64,000 nucleotides of DNA, taken from assembly GCF_009914755.1 (NCBI RefSeq), contig NC_060931.1. One strand, written 5' to 3'. The stretch comes from the human T2T-CHM13v2.0 reference genome, Homo sapiens. The notes under the pieces were generated by a model. That model was not told the origin of the DNA. It searched no databases and was given only the letters and a program-made list of their open reading frames with translations. How positions within the stretch are numbered: position 1 is the first letter of the stretch; each line of letters opens with the position of its first letter. Made by a program: the position numbers and the translations under genes. Of the stretch, positions 41,725-56,300 are shown in pieces.

Positions 41725-41762
41725 CAAATTTATGCTTCCTGTAGGAGACCCATTAAAAGATT
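41725..41762 (-). CDS. SNX13: SNX13 coding exon ~16 (38 nt, small exon)
   Basis: ccccccctgcag|AA...TTG|gtaagt; (E)SFNGSPTGSINL; needed to restore frame between flanking exons. Confidence 0.93.
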
Positions 41763-44700
41763 CTGCAGGGGGGAAATTCAACTTAGTATACAGCAAAAAA
41801 CTTTAAAACGGTTGCTTTATCTAAGGTTCAAACACTAAGAATGAAAGTCACATAAGCCAAGATATAACATAATAGTAAAAAAAAAAAAAAAAAAAAAAAA
41901 ATTGTGGATACTCCCAAAAACTTGATCCCTTAAAGTCCCATGGTTTTCTAAGACAGGCATTTAAGTGACAATATAGTATGTACCTGATAGCTGGCCAAAA
42001 ATCAAAAAGGCATTCGTGTTCAGGAGAGTAATTATTAAATGTTTTTATTCTCATGGTATCAAGTAAGTTGCCTAATACAATATAAGCATGAGGAAAACAT
42101 TGCAGAATGAGGCCCATTAGGAAACACCAGCACTATTTTGTAACTTCTGTCTCATTGGATTAAGAAAGATTACAAATAAAATCAGTCTGTACTGTGAGGG
42201 ATAAACAGACTTATTTTTAATAGGTCTATTAAGTCCTCTTATTCTTGGTGGTAGATTATCTTGAAAACACTGGAAGTCCAGATTTTTAAATCAATATATA
42301 ACAAAAAGACAGTTAAAACTGCATATGCAATTCCATTTCATTAAAAAGCAACTAGGACAAATTAATGTGAGAGAATAAGTCAATGCTGGATTATTAACAT
42401 TAATGTCAAACAACAATCTTTTCCCTTAGAGTTTTATTATAAATCTAAGAAAATTAAGTTACCAATTAAGGTGTTCCTTTATTAAACACACAAACAAATC
42501 TATGGTAAAGCAATATTCATACACAGTTTAATATATGGTTTCGAGCACTTAAGAGGTTATATATGAATTTGGTTCTCTAAATGGGTCTTCAAAAAAGCAA
42601 CACTACTATTCCTACAAGGAGGCAGCTGATATTGCCTTCCAAATTTACTCTAAATGCTCAAGAACATTTCTTGGTTCTTCAGCCCTCTGGTCATAAAAAA
42701 ATGGGAATTTCACCTAGGATTATCCCTTGGTGATACTTAAAATAAGTAAAATAGTTATCTATCCTCCTTATTCAATTATATGCCTCCTACCTCTTCTGTA
42801 GTGTGCCCACCTCTTAAATCTTCCCACCAAAGACAAGTCAAGTTAAAGGAGAATTTGGGAGCAAAATAGGGCATAGTTTATTTTCTTGATCAACAATAAG
42901 AAGATCCAGAAATACAGTATAAAATCAATCTTGGTCGACATTTAATCAAGAATTGGATGACTACCTACAAATATTAGAAAACAAAAGAAAGCACTGTTCA
43001 ACATGGTGAGACAAATAATGTTGAGATTAAAATTTAAAAAGGAAAGCATAATTCATATAGTTTTAAAAGCCTATGAGACTGTTTTAATAAAGGAGAAAAT
43101 ATCTACTTTTAAAATAATTTCATAACTAAAGAAAGTAATAATGAATAAAGAGAAAGGGCAAAGGAAGAAATGAGGAGAAAAGGAGAGAGGAGAGATAGTA
43201 AGCACAAGCAAGCCAACCAGCTAATTCTCTACCTACTGTTAAGTTTGGTTAAATAGGAATGAAATTTCTACTCAAGCAAAGAAAAACCACCAGAGGATAC
43301 AGTACTATACCATATGATATGACTTGGTCCTTTAATTTTAGGCTCAAATGTAGACTACTTTAAAAAAATCAGCTGTACATTAATCCCTAGGTTAGATAAT
43401 TATTTCAGAATGTCTAAAAGGTGGTCAAAATTTCAGAATATCTAAAAAATGCATGTAGTGCTCAGCAGCTTAATTTTAAAAGTCAGAAAACTAATTTATA
43501 ACAAAAAAAGTGGAAAGGCCTATTTTTGATTAAATAATCATATAAAAAGAAGTATATCAGAAGCATTACTAGTTGAGAAAGGTAAACCAGTGGCCTAAAA
43601 CCTAAACACTGACAAAGACAACAAAGCTGACAGTTACTTTAAATAGTAATGTTTCATATTATACCCATCACTCCATATACTTTTTTTGAATGGTTTCAAA
43701 AAAGGGATAGGTAATTTCACAGTATAAAACTCATCAATTAGGAAACAAAATATTAGAGAGCAATGTCCTAGAAAGACAATAAGATACATAAGTATATAAT
43801 CTCAAACTACAATCAATGATTCAAATGTGAGGGGTTACTCAATAACTGATATATAAGAGAAGCATATTTACTTCAGATCAAAACCAGTTCCAAAAAAAAA
43901 TTTTTTAATGTACTTCGTGTTTTAAAAAAGTACAGTGTATGATTTTAGGAAGTTTGAGACTGCTTATAGTTTGCTTCCAATAGCTGTACTGAAGAAGACA
44001 GACTGGCTAGAAAGATATGAATGGAAGCTAGAAATCCATTTAAAGGACTGGAAGCATTCTTAAGTTACAGGATCAAAAATTACTTCCACAGAATATATTG
44101 CTACTATCACCAGTTTAAATTACACATTACTTAGAAGCCCACACAATTATTTGGTTATGACTTTGTCTTCTCTCTTTCTGAGTCACATAGCAAATCCACT
44201 TCACAAATACGAAGAAATTTCTAAAATAGATAAAATTAGTATAAACAACAAAAACTTTTATAATAGTCATTTTAGGATGGTTAGTTGACAGAGCTGCTAT
44301 TGCAAATTTCATAGCATCTCTATAAAAGAACATTTTTCAATAGAGTAAGTACAGATATATAGAACAAACTAGAGGTACATAAAATTTTACCATTCAACTC
44401 AGAGAAGAACTCTGTTTTTTTAAAAAATCTTCCTTAATTATGCAATCAAAATCAGTTAATACATTATTCCAATTGTACACATAAGTAAACTTATAGAGTA
44501 TTAATTTAAAAACCCAAGGCATCAGATAAATAATCAAAGAAAAGTTACTAAATTTCAAATGTAAACTTCAGTAACTAGATTTCTTAGATTATTTAAAAAA
44601 CAAAATCTCACTAGTGTAGACACAGGGATAGGAGGTGGAGGAGAGGGGAGGCTGGGAGACTTCCATAATAAAGGTATTTTTTAAAGCAGTGCTCACTACC

Positions 44701-45768
44701 TAACAGCTCTATTTTATCTCCATTCTCAAGTGTGCTTGCCATAAAACCTATTCATAAGTAAACAGTCATAACTGAAGCACTTTCTTAAAATACTTAAATC
44801 TTTCCCATTTACTTTTTATTGACTTCATTCACTTGGTAGAACATACCAGAAAGATCATCCAACCCTAGATATTTAATTAGAGCTTAATAAATACTTCTGA
44901 ATTGAATCACAAGTTAATGATCATTGGGCCTAAGAATTTGGAAGCTTGTGTTCTAAAGGCTATCCCTCCCACTATTCTTATATAACTCACTATTTACTAA
45001 TAAAAATTGATACTTGTGTTTTACTTTATAAATCATTTTCAAATGCATAATTCCATTTAAATCTAACAATGACTAACGTAAGATATTATGAGGATATTAT
45101 TCCAGATTTACCAACTCAGAAAAATGAGGCTTGAAGAATTTAAGCAGTTGGACAACTTCACACAGGTAGTAAGTGATAGAATGGGAGTAAAATCGAAATA
45201 TTCTGACTCTTAAACCATTTTTTTCACTATAACATGTAAATAGAACTCATTATCCTCATTGGAAAAAACTGAAGGTTGGGATAAATGACTCTTGCGGCTT
45301 TTTCTAGCTCAAAAGTCTCTCACACTGTGTAGAATTTGGAAAAGTGTACAATTAAAGATATTTAAAACTGTAGTTTTTTAATAATGCTTTATAGTTTATG
45401 ATATACTCTGAGTCATTACTTATTGCATATTAAATCTTCTCAATAATTCTATTGTTAATCATGAATATTGTTACTTACTCCCAAAAGGGAAACTGCCATA
45501 AAAATATTTCAGTGACTCACCTGAAGAAAACATTCTTCTTCTTTAAGAATTCAAGGCTTCTATAGTTATATTCTAATCCACTATTAAATTTTCAGCATTT
45601 TAATTTAGTATAGTCACTAAACTTTGTCATTCATTTGTAGATTTTTTAATATATTACAGTTTATATTTGGACTCCAACAACATTTTTAACTTATACAAAA
45701 GCTCTTTTGGTAAGCAGAATATATATAAATATATATGCATATTATGTGTAAAATGGGTGCCACCTTAC

Positions 45769-45901
45769 CTCCATCCCCATCATCGGATCCTCTGAAACTA
45801 GGATCTTTTAACATGTCAAGCTCAGCTAACATGCGCACATAAAGTGCATTCTGTCTGAAGGAAGGATAAAATCTTTCATCTCGTAGCATCAATTCATATA
45901 C
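45769..45901 (-). CDS. SNX13: SNX13 coding exon ~15 (133 nt), end of RGS domain
   Basis: caccaag|GTA...GGAG|gtaagg; VYELMLRDERFYPSFRQNALYVRMLAELDMLKDPSFRGSDDGDG (within ORF 45686..45931). Confidence 0.95.
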
Positions 45902-46477
45902 CTTGGTGAAATAAATCAAGATATTCAACAATTAATACAGGTGTGTGGTGATTTTTACAAAACACAATTTCACCAAAAGACACACTGAGGTCTTGCCATA
46001 ATGTATCATAGTTACAAGCTGTCAGCAATAAGACTATTTCACAACTAATGATTTCCTCTGATCCCTCCAGTAACTAAATTATATTGAAAAAAATCCTACT
46101 GCAACACAAGTCACAGACAGCACATTCTAGGAATTGTTTTCTAAGAAACAAGTACATGTAAAGGTTCAAGGCTCATGTTAAAATGAATTTGAAAGACATG
46201 TTATTTATATGGCATCAATTCATCAAATTCTGAGACTACAATATCTAGCCCTACAATCAAATTCAAATAAAACAACCCAACTTAAGGATTTTCCTCAGAA
46301 AATTAACGAAATAAACAAAAATACTGGTTTACATTTCTGGAATTGAGAAGTATAATTGCCATAGCTTATCTTTTTAATACCACTCTACTTTTAAAAAGTT
46401 TTTAAAAACTAATTACATTACATAAAAGTATTTTTTCTCAAAAAAGATAAAATGATAAATGCTGTACATAATAATAC

Positions 46478-46582
46478 CTTTCTTTGAATGTCATCAAAGA
46501 TTTCAGGGGTTGGATCTTCATGATTCAAAGTATCTGCTAATTTTGCTACTAAATAGTCATCAACAGTAACTCTTGGAGATGC
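46478..46582 (-). CDS. SNX13: SNX13 coding exon ~14 (105 nt), RGS domain
   Basis: ctgttag|GCA...AAG|gtatta; ASPRVTVDDYLVAKLADTLNHEDPTPEIFDDIQRK. Confidence 0.95.
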
Positions 46583-46789
46583 CTAACAGAGAAAAATAAT
46601 AGTAATGATCTCTGTAATTTCTTAATACAAGATGATACTTGATAGTATGATAATAATGGAATCATATTATTGAAAATAACTGGCAGGTAAGAATCATTGG
46701 TTTGTAAACGACACCTTGATGTTTAAGAAGGATGAAACAGGACTAAACCCTTCTCTTCCTCATGTACTCTTCCTCATAGCAGGCTGGCA

Positions 46790-46960
46790 AACAAACACGG
46801 ATTTAAATCTCAACTTTTGCCTAGCAAGTTATCTCTCAGTAAGCTTCATTTACCCCATCTGTAAAATGGAGATAATACTATATAAGGTTATTTAGGATTA
46901 TTGTAAGGATTAAAAAAGATCTATATAAGATATATACCATAGTGTCTGGCACATAGGAAA
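46790..46960 (+). mobile_element. MIR
   Basis: gcaagttatctctcagtaagcttcatttaccccatctgtaaaatggagataata. Confidence 0.7.
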
Positions 46961-47951
46961 CACTGTCATTAGGAGTCAGTGTTTAGTATTCAGTAGTACT
47001 AGATGTGTATTAATATGACTGCTGAACGAATAAGCCATTTCATTTATTATTTGACCCTAGAGAAACCTTTTGAATGTCCTTTAAAGAGATTACTGTTATC
47101 CTAAATTTGGTTTTATAACTAATGCTGCAGCAAAGTTCCAGTGTGATATGGGGAAAAAAAAGTCTTAAAATTAATTTGTTTTAAGAACTTCAATTTCAAA
47201 GTATATAACACAAGGAAATACAAAATTTGACATTTCAACTTCAAAAATTACTTTATTAAAAGAAAAAATGCTGAAAAGCTAGACATGTCAACAGCTTCAG
47301 CACATCAACTTTTGCATTTTCAGTTCTGAAAAGTCTGGAGAGTAAATGAGTCCTAGAGATAACATTTAGAGAAACTAACAAAAACAAAAAGCATTATTTA
47401 CATAACTTCTCTAATTTATCCAATAAAATAAAGAACAGGTAGATAAATCAAGAAAGGAGAAAAAAAAAGTAAACATCAGGATATAAATATGTAGGAAAAG
47501 GGCTATACAACTTCTAATGCCCCATTGTCAATTTGACGCTTTTGTTAGTAAACCTAAGTAGGTTGTGTGGTGGTTGTTGTTTTGAGGGGGATGCTTATTT
47601 GTTTTGTGTTTCGGGGGGTAGTAGAGTTGCCCTGAAATAGAAACGGGAGAACTAAACAGCTTCAAGTATTTAACAAACATTAGAGAGGAATATGATGTTA
47701 CTTGGTTTTGCCCTTTCATTTGCCCTCTAAGCTCACTAAACTCACTTTCTAGGAAATAAAAAGGGTGAATTTGAAACATCATATTTTACGTTTATTTAAA
47801 CTTTACTTTTTCCTATATATCTCAAGTATACAGAATAGATTAAGCCACATCTTTGGTATAGGATGACCAGCACTTTTAGTGTACCAACATGAAACACAAC
47901 CAGTCAAGATCCCCTCTTCCAAAAAAAGTAATACAAAAATAATACTTATAT

Positions 47952-48247
47952 GGCCAGGCATGATAGCTCATGCTTGTAATCCCAGCACTTTAGGAGGCTA
48001 AGGCAGGTGGATCACTCGAGGGCATAAGTTCGAGAACAGCCTGGCCCACATGGCAAAATCCCTGTCTCTTTAAAAAAATACAAAAATTAGCTGGATGTGG
48101 GTGCATGCCTACAATCCCACCTACTCGGGAGTCTGAGTCAAGAGAATTGCCTGAACCTGGGATGCAAAGGGTGCAGTGAGATTATGCACTCCAAACTTTA
48201 CGACAGAGTGAGACTCCGTCTCAAAAAACAAAACAACAACAAAAAAG
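47952..48247 (+). mobile_element. Alu (diverged, S-like)
   Basis: ggccaggcatgatagctcatgcttgtaatcccagcac...gagactccgtctcaaaaaa. Confidence 0.9.
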
Positions 48248-48862
48248 AAATATTTGTACACATTTGTTATTACTTTAATGTGAAAATATAAAAGTGAATG
48301 TTTTCCCAAAATTATCTCTTAATGTGTATTCTTTACTTTTCTATTACAGAAATGTGATTATTTAAACAAACCAATGGGACTAGTTAACAGTGGCAAATAA
48401 TCTGTGTGAGAAAAATACAACAATATGTAATTTACAATGTTTCTGTCCTCTAATATACCAATTTAACTTTTTTTAAAACTCTATTGGATACTTAAATGTT
48501 ATAGGCTATATTGTTTTGTATTCTTAAAATACAGAAAGACTTTTTAAAAGACAAATGTACATAAAAGCAAAATATACATGCAAAACAGGTATTATCTATA
48601 TTTAACAAAAATAAATAATGACTTTTCTATCGAGTCCATGATGCAGTAGGATATTTTTGCTTTTTCTGTTTCCTTCTCTAATACTTTTCTGAACTGCCTG
48701 CAGCCTTTAGGACATCTTTTATGCAGTGTTACCACTGAATATAATCAAACATAAAAATTCACCTTGATTTTTAGCTCTGCTCTTTTCAAGCCCACCTCAC
48801 ACTTATTTCTTGTGTCAATCCAATGTGAAGGATCAAGTTAAATAAACTTTTTAAAAAAAAAA

Positions 48863-49156
<294 letters not shown>

Positions 49157-49899
49157 TAAATATCCTTTCAACAAAATAATTTGGGAATGTAATAATTGGG
49201 ATTTTACTTATTAAAAACAGGTTTTTAAATGTGTAGAAATTTGATTTCGGTGCTCCAAAAAAAGTCCAAAAACCATATATATGGCTTGTTTGGTAGGTAG
49301 ATCAACTGTTTGTCAATCAGGTCTTTTTCATCTATAAATTCATCATATAGGCTATCCAGGCCTACAATGCTCATTTTTAAATACTTTGAAGCATAATGAT
49401 GTCATCATAAGTTAAATCCCTTTTTGAGGAAAAATGGTTTTTAAATAGACAGATAAACTTGTCAAACTGAAGTTCAATTCCAAATAAATTACTTTTAGTA
49501 AAGAAATTTAGAAAATCCTGTTAAAGTTGGCTGTCCTTTTCCGGTGACACATTTTTTTTTTTTAATATTCAAGTAGTCTTATTTTAAAAATAGGAGTCAT
49601 TTTGCTCACTATATGAGTTTTTATCACAACCTACATGTATCATCAAACAACTCAGGTCAGTGTGTCAACTCTTTTCTAGGCTGCTTTTGGCCTCGTCAAA
49701 GATCACCTACCAATTTTAGCGAAACAGTATATAAATTTCTGTTTACTGTAATCCTTTTCTCCATTTTCATTCAAAAAGTATTTCAAATTAGAGAAAAACA
49801 TTTTTCTTGTCCTATACTTAAAAAAATATGATTTTACCACAGACCAAGATTTTAGCATTTTTTCTATAGCTAGCAAGAATCAGACCTTATTAAGCAAAT

Positions 49900-51300
49900 T
49901 ATTTTATTTTCTATTTCTTCTTGAGTTAGTGTGGCAATCTGTGTCTAAAAATTTGTCCACTTTAAGTTGTTTAATTTGTTGTCATAAAGTTGATCATAAT
50001 ATTTGCTTACTCCTTTTAATTTCTGTAGGGTCAGGGTTCATGTCTCCTCTTTCATTTATGAATTTGGTTATCTGTGTCTTCTTCCATTTTTTCATGGCCA
50101 GTCTAGCTAAAGGTTTGACAATATTGTTGATATTTTCAGAGAACCAACTTTTGGTTTTAGATTTTCACTATGGTTTTTCTGTTTTCTATTCACTGATTCT
50201 CACAATAATCTTTGTTTCCTTTCTTCTGTTTGCCTTGGATTTATTTTTCATTTCTAGATTTTTAAGTAAAAAAAGATTGTTGATTGTAGATCTTTTATCC
50301 TAGACATTTTTAAAGCTACAAATATTCTTCTAAGCACTAAGTAGCTGCATCTCATGAATTGATACAATGCATTTTCATTCTCAATTAAAAATACTTTCTA
50401 GTTTCCTTGTCATTTCTTGTTGACTCAGAGGCTATTTAGAAATATGTTGTTTAATTTTCAATTATTTGTAGTTTCCCCAAATTTCCTTTTGTTGATGTCT
50501 AATTTGATTCCATTCTGATCAAAGAACAATTCCAATACTTTTAAATGGAGACGGCTTTTATGGCCTTGCAAATGATTTATCTTGGAGAATGTTTCATGTG
50601 TTCTGGAAAATAATGTGTATTTTGCTTTCATTAGGGGAAATAGTCTATAGAATAATATACATATATGTATTACAGTATTACATTACCTATTATATATATA
50701 ACAATATATGCATATATTACAATATTATTAGAATTGTTATTAGATTAGAATTATTACAATATTATTAGATTACATTATTAGAATACATGTATGCTATAAG
50801 TTCTAAAGCAATTCTATTCTATATATGTATTCTATACATTCTATAATAAAATAATCTATACAATCATATTACATAAAATATATTCTATAGACGCTATAGA
50901 TTATATATATTCTATAGAATTATAGTGTATTACATATATTCTATAGAATTATAGTATAGTATATATATTATTCTACAGGATTAAGTGATTTATAATGTTC
51001 CTAAAGTCTTGTATATCCTTGATGTTTTTCTATCTAATTGTTTTATCAATTATTGAAAGTGGGTTATTGAAGTCTCCAACTATAACCGTTGAATTGTCTC
51101 TCTTACCCTTCAATTGTGCAAATTTTTGTTTCATTCATTGGGGGGCTCTGTTATTAAATGTACATATGTTTAATACATACATTTAAACATATATACATTT
51201 TTTAAATATATATACGTACTCTCTTTTGTTTACTTTTGCATGGTTTATCTTTTTCTATCCTTTTACTTTCAGCCTGTGGTGAATCTAATGTGTGACCTTG
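49900..51300 (-). mobile_element. Old L1M ORF2 fragment interrupted by an AT-rich low-complexity block (~50645-50975)
   Basis: antisense L1 ORF2 phrases (gccagtctagctaaaggtttgacaat, gagaaccaacttttggttt, gaagtctccaactataa). Confidence 0.75.
50645..50975. repeat. AT-rich low-complexity / degenerate tandem repeat
   Basis: repeated atatattctatagaattatagt (50905-50926, 50934-50955) and tattattaga units. Confidence 0.85.
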
Positions 51301-51523
51301 AATCTTATTCTATCATTTAGTATTTGCATGACTGTGGCCATGATAATTTGACTGGCTAAACATCAGAATCTTCACTTAAACGAGGATACAGACAGACAGG
51401 AAGATTGTTATCGATTAAAGGAGACAATGTTTTCGAGGTAGTCAGCCTGGCATAAGCAATGGATTACAAAAATTATTAATAATACTGCTAAAGAAGAAAA
51501 CAGTAATCAAAATACAGCCTCAC

Positions 51524-51717
51524 CTTTTCTGATAAATACTGTTCATAAATTCCAACAGCAGCTGCTCTTAAAAGACCTTTGGTTTGGTTGGTTTGATGTT
51601 TTCCATCTCTCTGACGACTTAATAAAACTTCTAGCTGCTGTTGGGCGGTAACCCGGTATCCTTCCACTGTCATCCAAAAGAATAGATGTGCTTGACCTCC
51701 AGTTTGCTGCATGTAAT
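51524..51717 (-). CDS. SNX13: SNX13 coding exon ~13 (194 nt), RGS domain
   Basis: gctag|AT...AAG|gtgagg; (D)YMQQTGGQAHLFFWMTVEGYR...AVGIYEQYLSEK (within ORF 51488..51724); FW..E.Y and IY..YL are RGS hallmarks. Confidence 0.96.
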
Positions 51718-53267
51718 CTAGCAATCAAAAATCCATAATAACATAAATATTAGTGTCACACAATTTGGGGTCCATGTAGTTTTATGACAAGTAAAGAAGG
51801 ATTAAAGTTTCAAGTGTTTAAAACTCCACATTTTGAAAATGTTTTAGCAAATCCCTGAGGTGAAAATATAGTTGTAAATTAGTTACGCTAAAAAACCAGT
51901 TATGTTAAAAACAAAAGTGAAGTCGTGTATTTCAGAATTTTTTCAATCCCACTTTTCATAATAAAATCTCTAGTGAATAAATTTGTTACATAAAACATTC
52001 AACATTTGTTCTCAATAAAGATTGTTATAATATGAATATTTCTAGACATTTTTAAAAATGACTCTTCAAACCATATATTTATATTTTTATCACAAAAATG
52101 AAAATGTATAGAGGTTTGCTGAAAATGTCCTCCAGATAAAAGCAATCCTAACGTAATAGCAATAAGATCTAAATTAAAAAGTATATATTAAAATGGTATA
52201 AAAACAAAATCCCTCATGTACACATGAACAAAAACGATACAAACAGGTTATATACATTGTATGTTCCCAATAAAGTACTCTTTCTCAATGAATTTTAATT
52301 TGCATTAGAATTTCCTAGAATTTATTTTAAAAGCAGTTTGGTAAATGCACATTATTTATGATAACTATTTCCTTCAAAACAAAACAAAGCTCTACCTCCA
52401 TGGTTTCTAAAGAAAAACATTTCAGAGAATAAAGGCTGGACTGAATTTGGCATGCAAAATATTAACTACTTAAAATTCAATAATATTTAAAATTCTTAAA
52501 AATTTCAAAGAAGATGTGGGAGTGTGAAGCACCAGAATTCTATCTCTCCACCTCCACAACAAGTGCAATGGCAGAATCTGATGTAACTAATTTGGAACTC
52601 TGGAATCTAATGAAGATTTGCAACATTTAAGGGAAGGCTTGGGAAGTAAGCTTTGGTTAATCTCAGTCCATTCCAGCTCTTAGCACAACTGCAGCTACCA
52701 TTCCCCACTCTCAGACTACTAGAACAAGTAGCTGTGCATGCACTCCAGAATTAGCTTGTACACAGCAAGTAGGAACCAGGGTGGACAAAAAACAACTTGT
52801 CCTTCAAATATTCGGATCTAGGCTCTGACAGCACACTGCTGCTTCTGATCAAAGAGGTGCAGACAAATAGGCAGCCTTTGTTGTTGCATATCTCTTGATT
52901 GGTCCAAGCCCCTTTCCTTTCTGCTGAAGTAACAAGCAAGAGATTTAGAAGACTGGCACCCTTTCTCCCTTGACTCCTACAGTTTTACCTTTATCTCCCT
53001 TTGGGAGCCATGCATTAAAAATGAGGACATTCAAAAGCAACCACATATGTGGGAAAATTAGAAAGTGACTATGCATGCCCAGGGAAAAGCACAAGTTCAG
53101 AATAGTCTTGAGAAGACTTTTAAGTTTATACCTCAGGCTGATCCTTAGCATAAACAGCCTACATATTAAAAACAAAAACAGTAACAACAATAAAGAACAG
53201 CAAACCCTAAGGAAAGGGAAGTGATTTCCAGAGTTACTACATTATTAGATTCAAATAGCCAGTTATT

Positions 53268-53270
<3 letters not shown>

Positions 53271-53311
<41 letters not shown>

Positions 53312-53313
53312 CA
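53271..53313. repeat. (CA)n microsatellite inside L1M
   Basis: read directly. Confidence 0.95.
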
Positions 53314-56300
53314 CCCCAAGGCATACAAAGTACATGGCAAGTGTGGCCCATTCAAAGAGGAAAAAAAGCCAACATACATGAACAGAAACTGTCCCCAAAA
53401 AAGACCTGATGGAATATCTACTAGATGAAGACTTTAAAACAACTACCTTAAAGATGCCCAAAAGACTAAAGAAAGATGTAAAAAAGTCAATAAAACAATC
53501 TATGAACAAAATGGAAAGATCAATAGAGACAGAAAACCTAGAAGAAACCAAAATAAAATGGAGGTGAAAAGTATATAACCAAAATAAAAAATGCACTAAA
53601 GGAAATTTAAGGTAGATTTGAGCAGGCAGAGGAATCAGCAAATGTAAGGATAGATTAATAAAAGTTTTAGATTCAAGAAACAGAATGTAAAAATACAAAG
53701 AAGAGTAAACAGAGCCTAAGGGACCTGCTGGACCAAGTTACATATGGGAGTTCTATAAGGAGAAGAGAGAAACAGGCAGATCATATTTGAAGAAATGACT
53801 GAAAATTTTCCAAATTTGAAGAAAGGCACGAATATAAACACCCAAAAAGCTCAACAATCTCCAACTAAGATGAATTCAAAGATACCCACATGGAGACACA
53901 TTATAATTCAACTTTCAAAAAATAAATCATCCAAAAGCAGAAAGAGAAAAACAACACATACAAAATATCCAAAAGATTATCAGCAGATTTCTTTCAAGAA
54001 ACTTTGGAGGCTAGAAGGTGATGGAGTGATATTCAAAGTGCTAAAAGAAAAATACTGTCAACCAAGTTCCTATATCTGGCAAAACTATACTTCAAAATGA
54101 GAGAGAAGTAAGGATTCCCAGATAAACAAAAGCAAAGGAAGCATCTTACCATAAGACCTGCCTTGCAAAATGTGCTGAAGGGTAAATTAAACAAAAGGAC
54201 ACTAGATAGTAACTTAGTACTTTGAAATCATATGAAGAAATAAATATCTCAGTAAAAATAAAAATATGGGCAATTATAAAAGCTAGTATTATTAACAATG
54301 ATTTGTAACTCTATTTTTTTGTTTTCTATGGGACTGGAAAGACGAATACGATTTTAAAAAAAATCAACTATCAGTCTGAAAGCCAGAAATATTGTACTTT
54401 GTTACTGCACATCCTGGTTTCTACATAATTTACAAAAGTAACTCATTTAAAAGAACTATTAGTTCATATTTTGAACACACAATTTGTAAAGACTTAGTTT
54501 TGTGACGTCATCAAAAGAGGGATGGTGACAGAGCTGTAAAGGAGCAAAGTTTTGAATACATTTGAAATTAAGCTGGCATAATTTCAAATTACAGTGTTAT
54601 AAATTTAGGATGTTACATGTAATCCCCATAGTAACCACAAAGAAAATGGCTACATAATATACATAAGAGGAATGAGAAAGAAATTTAAACATGTCACTAC
54701 AAAAAAATCAACTAAATACAAAAGAAGTCAGTTATGTAGAAAAGACTATCAAAAAAGACATAAAGCATGTAGAAAACAAATAACAAGATGACAGAACTCT
54801 TTCCTTATAAATAATTACTTTACATGTAAATTGATCAAACTTTCTAATCAAAAGACAGAGACTGGCAGAATGGATTAAAAAAATCAATCCAATGATATAC
54901 TGTCTACAAAGACTTTAGATACAAAGACATAAATAAATTGAAAGTGAAAGAATGAAAAATCACATCACATGCAAACAGTAACCAAAATAGAGCAGGGGAG
55001 GCTACACTAGTATCAGCTGAAATAGACTTTAAATCAAAAATGGTTAAGATGTAAATAAGGTCATTATATATTAATAAAAGATTCAGCATAACAAAATAAT
55101 ACAACAATTATAAACAGTTACATACCTATTAACAGATCACCAAAATATATGAAGCAAAAACAGACAGATTTGAAGGGAAAAAGAGACAGTGCCACAATAA
55201 TAGTTGGAGATTTCGATGCCCCACTCTCAGTAACGGATAGACCCAGACAGAAGATAAGTATGGAAATAGAGGACTTAACACAATATACCAGGTAGATTTA
55301 ACAAGCATACAGAACACTTCCCAACAACAGCATACAGCTTCTTCTCAGGTACACATGGAATATTTTCTGAACAGACCATACAGTGGGCCACAAATTGAGT
55401 CTCATAAAGTTTTTAAAAATGGGTATCATGCAAAGTATCTTCTCCAACTACAATGGGATAAAATTATAAAACAATAACAAAATTAAAACTGGAAAACTCA
55501 TATATTTTTGGAAATCAAACAACATACTTTTTATTTACCCTACTTATCCTCTGAAAACATGAAAACACACTCACACAACCAATGGATCAAAGAAGAAATC
55601 ACAAGAGAAATTAGAAAATACATAAATATTAATTAAAACAAACATAACACACCAAACTAATGGGACACAGCAAAAAGGAAAATCTCAAATCATCTTTCCT
55701 TATGTTGTAAAGCTTTTTAACTTTACAACATAAAGAAATAGAAAAAGAACAAATTAAACCCAAAGCTAGCAGAAGGAAGGAAACAGTAAAGATTAGAGCA
55801 GAGATAAACAAAAGAGAGAACAGAAAAACAATAGTAAAAGTCAATGAAAGCAATAGTTGATTCTTTGAAAAGAGTGACAAAATTAACAAACATTTATCCA
55901 GGAGGACAAAAAGAGAAAAGACTCAAATTACTAAAATCGGAAGTGAAAGTGGGGATATTACTAATGACTCTACAAAACTAAAAGTACTATGAACAATTGT
56001 ATGCCAATAAATCAGATATCCTAGTGGAAATGGAAAAATTCCTAGAAACAGAAAATCCACCAAAACTAAATCATGAAGAAATTGAAAATCTGAGGAGACT
56101 GATAACGTAGTAAGGAGAATGAATCAGTAACCAAAAATCGTCAATAAAGAAAAGACCTGGACCTGAATAGCTTTACTGGTGAATTCTATCAAACATTTAA
56201 AGAAAAGTAACACCAATCCTTTTTAAATTTTTCCAAAAAATTAAACAGGAAACACTTCCTAACTCATTCTATGAGGCCAGCATTATCCTGAAAACAGAAC

